From Myxococcota bacterium (GTDB lineage: Bacteria > Myxococcota_A > UBA9160 > SZUA-336): 64,000 nt of DNA. Position numbers and translations under genes: made by a program. Shown in pieces: positions 58,476 to 64,000 of this stretch; position 1 is the stretch's first letter, and each line of letters starts with the position of its first letter. The notes beneath the pieces are model-generated. The model made no database searches, had not been told where the DNA came from, and saw only the letters and a program-made list of their open reading frames with translations. The stretch is from positions 1,696,001 to 1,760,000 of the forward strand of contig CBDFGR010000003.1 of assembly GCA_965247115.1 (NCBI GenBank). The letters are read 5' to 3'.

Positions 58476-59675
58476 TCAGGGCAAGAATTGCTCCGTGTTC
58501 TCCAGTTTGCGGGGCAGGTACTCGTCGATGACGTAGTTCAGGCCCCACATGGCCAAGGCCTGCTGCTCAGCGCGGACGCCCATCTTGACCAGCTGCTCCA
58601 GCGCCTTGCGCCAGCGTGGCTGGCTCTGGAAGAAGGGGTCGTTCTTGAGCGCGTCCTTGGCGCGCTTGACGTCGACGTCCTTCAGCGGGTGGGTCGGAAG
58701 CTCGTAGGTGGTGATGTCGTCCGGCGTCACGCCGAGGAAGCGCGCCTGCGGCACGCAGAAGAACTTGTTGATGTGCGCCGCAGAGCCGGAGCCCACCTTG
58801 ATCGTGCGGTAGATGTTCGCGATCCCGTAGGGATCGCAGTCGACGAAGGCGTAAACAGGCAGCTTCTGATCGTCAGTCAGCCTCCGCACGAAGCGGCGCA
58901 CGGCCCTCGTCGGCACGCCGCCCATCTCGACCAGGATACAGTTTGCGGTCTCCCAGAAGCGATGGGACTGCAGACGTTGGAACATGCCGCCGGTCTCGAT
59001 GAGCAGCACGAAATCTGCGCTCGTCTCGAACTGGAGCTGCTCGACGGACGATGGGACGGAGTAGGCGCCGGTGCCGAAGCGGGTGCAGTCGATCCGCGCG
59101 ACCTGTCCCGTGGAGTCCTCGTCGATCACCACGAGAGGGCCGGAGACGGAGCCCCCATGCTCCTCGGGGAAGAAGCGGAGCTGCTCGCGCGAGATGTTGT
59201 CAACACTGAACAGCGCCTCGATATCGTCCATCGTGGTGTCGGACTCGACCTGCTCGTCGAACTTCGCCTCTGCCCAGTTCTTGGAGATGTAGTAGGCCTC
59301 CCGCTTGGTGGCAAAATCGTTGTTCTGAACCAGGTCCTTGGATAGCGCCATCATCCGCAGGGTTTGCGCGAAGCCCTTCACCGTGTTGACCGAGAGGGTC
59401 CGCACTTTCTTCTGCTTCCCGATCTGCAGGTACCCCCTGCTCGCGCTGTAGGAGACGTTGGAGAGCGCGCGAACCGGCAGGGAGAGGTCGGGCTTGCTGC
59501 CCTTCATGATCGAGCCGTGCACGCGCGAGGCCGTTCCGGTGATCTGGTCGACCGTCTCCTTGTCGCTGGCGTGGACAAGCTGGCCGCCAGCAGCCGACGC
59601 AGCTCCCCCCCGCGCCTTCTTGCGGCTCGTCTTCTTCGCGGCCTTCTTCCGTACGGTCTTCTTCCGCGTCGCCAT
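58476..59675 (-). CDS. top6A: DNA topoisomerase VI subunit A
   Basis: TKREAYY catalytic Tyr region, TOPRIM IETGG and DCDPYG, AEQQAL. Confidence 0.94.
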   Translation of the reverse strand: MATRKKTVRKKAAKKTSRKKARGGAASAAGGQLVHASDKETVDQITGTASRVHGSIMKGSKPDLSLPVRALSNVSYSASRGYLQIGKQKKVRTLSVNTVKGFAQTLRMMALSKDLVQNNDFATKREAYYISKNWAEAKFDEQVESDTTMDDIEALFSVDNISREQLRFFPEEHGGSVSGPLVVIDEDSTGQVARIDCTRFGTGAYSVPSSVEQLQFETSADFVLLIETGGMFQRLQSHRFWETANCILVEMGGVPTRAVRRFVRRLTDDQKLPVYAFVDCDPYGIANIYRTIKVGSGSAAHINKFFCVPQARFLGVTPDDITTYELPTHPLKDVDVKRAKDALKNDPFFQSQPRWRKALEQLVKMGVRAEQQALAMWGLNYVIDEYLPRKLENTEQFLP

Positions 59676-61354
59676 CAGAGCTTCCGGCTCTTCTCCAGTA
59701 CCTGGGTCAGCCTCTCCACCGTCTTGTCGCGCTGCTTGTCAGAGTGCTCGAGGATCTCCTGCAACGCGAGCGCGACCTGGGGAATGTACTTCTGGATGTA
59801 GCTGCGCTTTTTCTCCTCATCTGCCTCGCGGCGCCGGCGCCGGAGGTGGGTCGAGAGTCGGCGGCCGCAGTCTTGCAGCGCGAGCTTGAGCTCCTTGACG
59901 ATCTCCGGGTAGTGCGCGATGGCCTCCTTGGATTCGGAGGTGAACGGCACCCAGACGCTCGCGATGTGCACGATGATCACAATCGGCCCGAGCGGCGGGG
60001 CCCCGCGCGGTTGCTGCAAGCCGTACTTCTTCCAATCGGTGCTCGTGATGGCGCGCGTGATGGCGCAGCCGCCCACCTGGTACTGCAGCGGCACCCGGTT
60101 CGCGTAGCGGTAGACGACGGCGGCGTCGTCGTGGGAAAGGCCGCCGCCGTATGCGAGTGCCGCCTCGACCAGGAAGGGGTTCCCCCGGTAGACGGCCGGC
60201 CGGCGAGATACGGCCGTCGTGAAGTCAGAGGGATGGATCGCATGCAGGGCGCTCTCCAGCAGCTCCTCGCCGACCGGCGCGATGCAGTCCGTCGGAGGCG
60301 CCATGATCTTGGTCGCGGAGATCCCCTTGTGGAGGGACTCCGCCTGCGTGCGATCGAGCTTGCTCGGCCGCGACTTCGGGTCGAGCTGCGCCGCCTTGCA
60401 GATCTCGGCGGCGGTGCGGGTCGACACGCGCGAGAATTCACTGCAGAGAAGGCCAGAGAGGTTTCGGGACTTCGACTCGCGCAAGAGCTGCATCAGGACG
60501 CCGAGCTCCACGCCGTAGGGATGCGACTTGATCTCCGCCGTCTCTGGAGGTAGCTCGGAGGTCACGCGGTCGTAGACGATCACCTCCTCGCCTTTGCCCC
60601 GACCCGGGGGCAGGTAGGTCAGCTTGGCGTGCGGGTTCGCGAGCGAGATCTGGCGCATGTAGGAGTCGACCGAGTGCTGTCCCTTGCGATAGGCCGCCTC
60701 CAGCTCGATCTCCACCTGCGTGCCGTGATCGAGCTCCCACTCGATCTCCTCCTGCTTTCGCACCGCGGGCTGGTTCTTCTGAGTGTCGATGGCGATCTCG
60801 AAGCGGTTCGCGGGCTGGGACTTCGAGATGCGCGAGATCACGCGAACGGCGTGTCCCGTGGTCATCAGGCCGTACATGCCCGCCGCGCTGACCCCTATGC
60901 CCTGCTGTCCCCGGCTCATGCGCAGGCGGTGGAACTTGGAGCCGTAGAGCAGCTTTCCGAAGACCATGGGCACGTTCTTGGCTGGGATACCCGGGCCGTT
61001 GTCGGTGCAGGTCACACGAAAGCGGTCCTCGCGGAGCTGATCGATCTGGACGACGACGTCGGCAGCGATCCTGGCCTCGTCCGCAGCGTCGAGGGAGTTG
61101 TCGACGAGCTCCTTTACGGAGGTGAGCAGCGCCTTGGCAGGGTTATCGAAGCCCAGCAGGTGGCGGTTCTTCGCGAAGAACTCCGAGACGGAGATGTCGC
61201 GCTGCTGGCTCGCGAGCTCCACGGCAGCAGGTCTGCGGGTGGGCTTTCCCCCGGGATCGCTGCGCCGGGGCCTCGGAGTCTTACGCCTGGTCGTGGCCTT
61301 GGCCCCCGCTCTCGAGGCCCTGGCGCGCTTTCGCGCCGCGGCGTTCTTGCTCAT
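59675..61354 (-). CDS. top6B: DNA topoisomerase VI subunit B
   Basis: ISVSEFF, GHKL motifs ELVDNSLDA, DNGPG, RGQQGIG; YANRVPL, VPFTSESKEAI. Confidence 0.94.
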   Translation of the reverse strand: MSKNAAARKRARASRAGAKATTRRKTPRPRRSDPGGKPTRRPAAVELASQQRDISVSEFFAKNRHLLGFDNPAKALLTSVKELVDNSLDAADEARIAADVVVQIDQLREDRFRVTCTDNGPGIPAKNVPMVFGKLLYGSKFHRLRMSRGQQGIGVSAAGMYGLMTTGHAVRVISRISKSQPANRFEIAIDTQKNQPAVRKQEEIEWELDHGTQVEIELEAAYRKGQHSVDSYMRQISLANPHAKLTYLPPGRGKGEEVIVYDRVTSELPPETAEIKSHPYGVELGVLMQLLRESKSRNLSGLLCSEFSRVSTRTAAEICKAAQLDPKSRPSKLDRTQAESLHKGISATKIMAPPTDCIAPVGEELLESALHAIHPSDFTTAVSRRPAVYRGNPFLVEAALAYGGGLSHDDAAVVYRYANRVPLQYQVGGCAITRAITSTDWKKYGLQQPRGAPPLGPIVIIVHIASVWVPFTSESKEAIAHYPEIVKELKLALQDCGRRLSTHLRRRRREADEEKKRSYIQKYIPQVALALQEILEHSDKQRDKTVERLTQVLEKSRKL

Positions 61355-61393
61355 CCGATCCCCACCCCCCCACGAAGGGCGGTGAGGGTAGCG

Positions 61394-61615
61394 TCACACG
61401 ACCTTGACGTCCGCTCCCAGGAACTCGCCCACCAGCGTCACCTTGCCGCTGTTGATCAGGCTCTTGACCGTGGCGATGACCTCCTCCTCGCTCGAGGACG
61501 AGTCGGCGACGGCCGCCACCAGGTCCAGCAGGGTGGTCACGCGCGAGGCGCCCTTTGGGGCCTCTTCGACCTCCAGCGGCTCGAGTTCGGCAAGGTTCTC
61601 TGCGGCCTGGGACAT
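61394..61615 (-). CDS. Small acidic hypothetical protein (73 aa)
   Basis: RBS; TTLLDLVAAV...EVIATVKSLINSGKVTLVG. Confidence 0.7.
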   Translation of the reverse strand: MSQAAENLAELEPLEVEEAPKGASRVTTLLDLVAAVADSSSSEEEVIATVKSLINSGKVTLVGEFLGADVKVV

Positions 61616-61661
61616 GCGCTGGCTCCGTTCCGGACCTCATGGGCCCGCTCCTTACAGACGG

Positions 61662-61678
61662 AGCATCAGCCGTGCCAA
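61662..61678 (-). promoter_or_regulatory. Sigma54 -24/-12 promoter
   Basis: TTGGCACGGCTGATGCT with exact GG-N10-GC spacing. Confidence 0.65.
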
Positions 61679-61825
61679 TTCTGTCCGCTTGCCGACTCCT
61701 GGTCTAACTCTCCGAAAAGAGGGAGATATCTCCTGGCAGCCCGAGAGCCCTGCCGCGGTCGTGTGGACGGAATCCGTCGGTGCGGTGACGAGGATCGTCA
61801 ACCCTCTGGCGCTTCGAGGCGGAGC

Positions 61826-62476
61826 TCACTCGCTCACCAGACGGGGCCGCTCGACCCAGCGAGCGCTTCCGGCCCGATAGAACAGCAGGCGGCGCTGCGT
61901 CACGAGGGAGATCGAGCTGTCACTCGTGGAGACGGTCTCGATCTGCTCCCTAGGGCTGAGCCCGATCTCCACGAAGGCGGTCCGGTCCGAGAGGGCGATA
62001 GCCCGGCGGGAGGTCACCACGGCGCCCAGGTTCGAGTCCGAGAACACCCTCTCCGTGTGCTCGCCCGGACTGAGCACGAGCTCGAGCCAGCTCTTGCTGG
62101 ACGCCGTGAGCGCGACGATCCGGTCGGGGAGCGCCACCAGAGCGACTCGCTCCTCCAGATGGAGTCGCTCGGTCGGGCTCTCGCTGATCCGGTAGCGAAG
62201 CTCCACCCAGTTCGGAGCCCCCGAGCGGAAGCCAAGGAGCCGCGTGCTGGTCGAGGCGACCCCGAGCCGACCTTTGCTGCCGACCGCCACTACCTTCTCC
62301 CCCAGCTCCAGATCGAGCTCGGAGACCGCTCGTCCCTCGGCGTCTACCGCGATCAGCCGCCGCTCCGTCTGCAGGATGTCGACTCGGTCCTCGATCTGGA
62401 CGCCGGGCTGCGCAGGAGCCACTGCGGTCAGGCCCAGGAACAGGGCGAGCGTGGTGCTGAGTCCGCTGGGACGCAT
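61826..62476 (-). CDS. Exported hypothetical protein with ~40-aa beta-repeats
   Basis: Signal peptide APA-Q; repeats ELELGE, ELRYRISE, ELVLSPGE, EIGLSPRE. Confidence 0.7.
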   Translation of the reverse strand: MRPSGLSTTLALFLGLTAVAPAQPGVQIEDRVDILQTERRLIAVDAEGRAVSELDLELGEKVVAVGSKGRLGVASTSTRLLGFRSGAPNWVELRYRISESPTERLHLEERVALVALPDRIVALTASSKSWLELVLSPGEHTERVFSDSNLGAVVTSRRAIALSDRTAFVEIGLSPREQIETVSTSDSSISLVTQRRLLFYRAGSARWVERPRLVSE

Positions 62477-62538
62477 TTGAACTGGCTCCTCGACGTACTA
62501 CCTTGCCTCGCCCGTTCGGGGCAGATCGAGCGAGGACT

Positions 62539-62856
62539 ATGGCATTTACTCGGGTAGCGGCGCTGGACGAGATCCCAGTCGAAGGGGGACTGCGGGTCAG
62601 CCTAGGCGACCTCGAGCTCGGGATCTACCGGATCCAGGGAGAGCTGTTCGCCATGGACAACATCTGCCCCCACGCGGGGACCTCGCTCCACGAGGGCTTC
62701 CTGGAGGGGACCTGCGTGATCTGCCCCGCCCACATGTGGGAGTTCGATCTGCGGACGGGCCTGCCGCCGGGCGTGAGCGAGGGCGCCAGCCTCAGCCGCT
62801 ACGCCGTCGAGCTTCGTGGGCAGGACGTGCTGGTCGACCCGGAGACTCCGCTATAA
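62539..62856 (+). CDS. Rieske [2Fe-2S] ferredoxin
   Basis: CPH...CPAH..EFDLRTG. Confidence 0.92.
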   Translation: MAFTRVAALDEIPVEGGLRVSLGDLELGIYRIQGELFAMDNICPHAGTSLHEGFLEGTCVICPAHMWEFDLRTGLPPGVSEGASLSRYAVELRGQDVLVDPETPL

Positions 62857-62868
62857 GACCAGCCCTTG

Positions 62869-63669
62869 CTAGAAGCTGTCTTTGAGGTGGCGGATGGCTC
62901 CGAGGATGCTTACCTCGTCGGTCGGCGTCCCCGGTAGCTGTTTCTGTACGCTCGCGATGATCTCCGGCGACCGGGCACGCATGAAGGGGTTCGTCTCCCT
63001 CTCCTCGCCCATCGTCGAGGGGACTGTCATCTCCGCGTCGGTCGCATCGTGCCAGTCCTCAGCGGCGTGCGAGCGGATCGCCTGCACGCTCTTCATCTTG
63101 TCTTGCAGCTTTTGGTTGCCGGGCTCGACGCTGAGCGCGAAGCGGATGTTGCTCTCGGTGTACTCGTGACCACAGTAGACCCGCGTGTCGTCCGGCAGGC
63201 GCGAGAGCTTCTCGTTCAGCGCCGTGTGCATCATCTGCGGGTCGCCCTCGAAGAGGCGTCCGCAGCCAGCGGCGAAGAGCGTGTCGCCGGAGAAGACCGC
63301 GCCGGGGAACACGTACGCAATGTGGCCGCTGGTGTGGGCGGGGATGAACAGGATCTCTGCCTCGAGCTCGCCCACCGAGATCGTGTCGCCTTCCTCCAGG
63401 CCGTCGGTGAAGCCCGGGATGCGCTTCGCATCGGAGACGTGCCCGAAGACGGGGGCGCCATAGCGCTCGGCCAGAACGGGATTCGCCGCGCTGTGGTCGG
63501 GGTGGTGGTGGGTCGAGAGCACCTTGGCCACCTTCACGTCCAGCGACTCGACCCGTTCGATCACCGGGTCCGCTTCCGGAGCGTCGACCACTGCGGCCTC
63601 GTTGGTCGCGGGATCGATCACAAGATAGGTGTAGTTGTCGCGAAACGTCGGGATTCGCTCTATGCGCAT
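62869..63669 (-). CDS. gloB: Hydroxyacylglutathione hydrolase
   Basis: DNY, THHHPDH, HTSGH, GDTLFAAGCGR, GHEYT, TNPFMR. Confidence 0.94.
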   Translation of the reverse strand: MRIERIPTFRDNYTYLVIDPATNEAAVVDAPEADPVIERVESLDVKVAKVLSTHHHPDHSAANPVLAERYGAPVFGHVSDAKRIPGFTDGLEEGDTISVGELEAEILFIPAHTSGHIAYVFPGAVFSGDTLFAAGCGRLFEGDPQMMHTALNEKLSRLPDDTRVYCGHEYTESNIRFALSVEPGNQKLQDKMKSVQAIRSHAAEDWHDATDAEMTVPSTMGEERETNPFMRARSPEIIASVQKQLPGTPTDEVSILGAIRHLKDSF

Positions 63670-63705
63670 GGAGCGCAGTCTACCAGCTGGCCGGGAGCCC
63701 TCAGA

Positions 63706-63763
63706 GCTAGAGCAGCGAGAGCTGCTCGCCCTCGGCTAGAGCAGCGAGAGCTGCTCGCCCTCG
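63706..63763. repeat. Exact 29-bp tandem duplication
   Basis: GCTAGAGCAGCGAGAGCTGCTCGCCCTCG at 63706-63734 and 63735-63763. Confidence 0.95.
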
Positions 63764-64000
63764 GGGCGGGGCCGGACCACTGGGGGCGGGCTCTTGTCGA
63801 GAGTCGTGGGCTCCTCGAGCCGGCGACCGGGTGCCGCGTCGCAGATCTGGTTGTAGTCGCACCAGCGGCAGAGCGCGCTCGGGGTCGGGGGAAACTCCTC
63901 CTCCGCCTCCACCTGGTCGATCAGGGAGATCATGTCGGCCTTGAGCTGATCGATCTGTTCGGGGCTGCGCCGCGAACGGATCGTTTTGTTGTGCGAGAGG
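63736..64000 (-). CDS. PD-(D/E)XK RecB/Cas4-like nuclease, C-terminal part only
   Basis: FPPTPSALCRWCDYNQIC Cys cluster; frame open to the window edge. Confidence 0.7.
   Translation of the reverse strand, partial: LSHNKTIRSRRSPEQIDQLKADMISLIDQVEAEEEFPPTPSALCRWCDYNQICDAAPGRRLEEPTTLDKSPPPVVRPRPEGEQLSLL

Noticed and set aside
63736..64000. Cas4 of a CRISPR locus
   Set aside because: Only the C-terminus is visible and no array or cas gene is in the window

Overview
High-GC bacterial chromosomal window, gene-dense and mostly housekeeping. The gene complement suggests a Myxococcota/deltaproteobacterial lineage (inference only). No tRNA, rRNA, CRISPR array or transposase was found. Core genes include cimA, pdxH, ltaE, folC, prpE, asd, thiE, ntrBC, moeA, fur, lemA and gloB. 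Six things stand out. (1) A convergent envelope locus (16.4-26.8 kb) combines an M28 lipoprotein, an OmpA lipoprotein, a VWA protein and ExbB/ExbD with a TonB/TolA-like protein and two exported proteins made of ~24-aa DxD/NxDG repeats; it is a candidate uncharacterised proton-driven surface machine. (2) An ArsC/Spx-like selenoprotein (UxxC plus a SECIS-like hairpin) was missed by the ORF track. (3) A bacterial topoisomerase VI operon has basic N-terminal tails and a sigma54-type promoter. (4) An ECF sigma/anti-sigma operon includes a small exported protein that repeats the anti-sigma C-terminal motif. (5) A motAB stator pair has no flagellar neighbours. (6) Two co-occurring intergenic repeat families (a GTGG REP-like structured element and a 19-bp module) form mosaics, one of which truncates mobA. 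About ten genes look leaderless. All calls come from reading motifs by eye; no searches were run.
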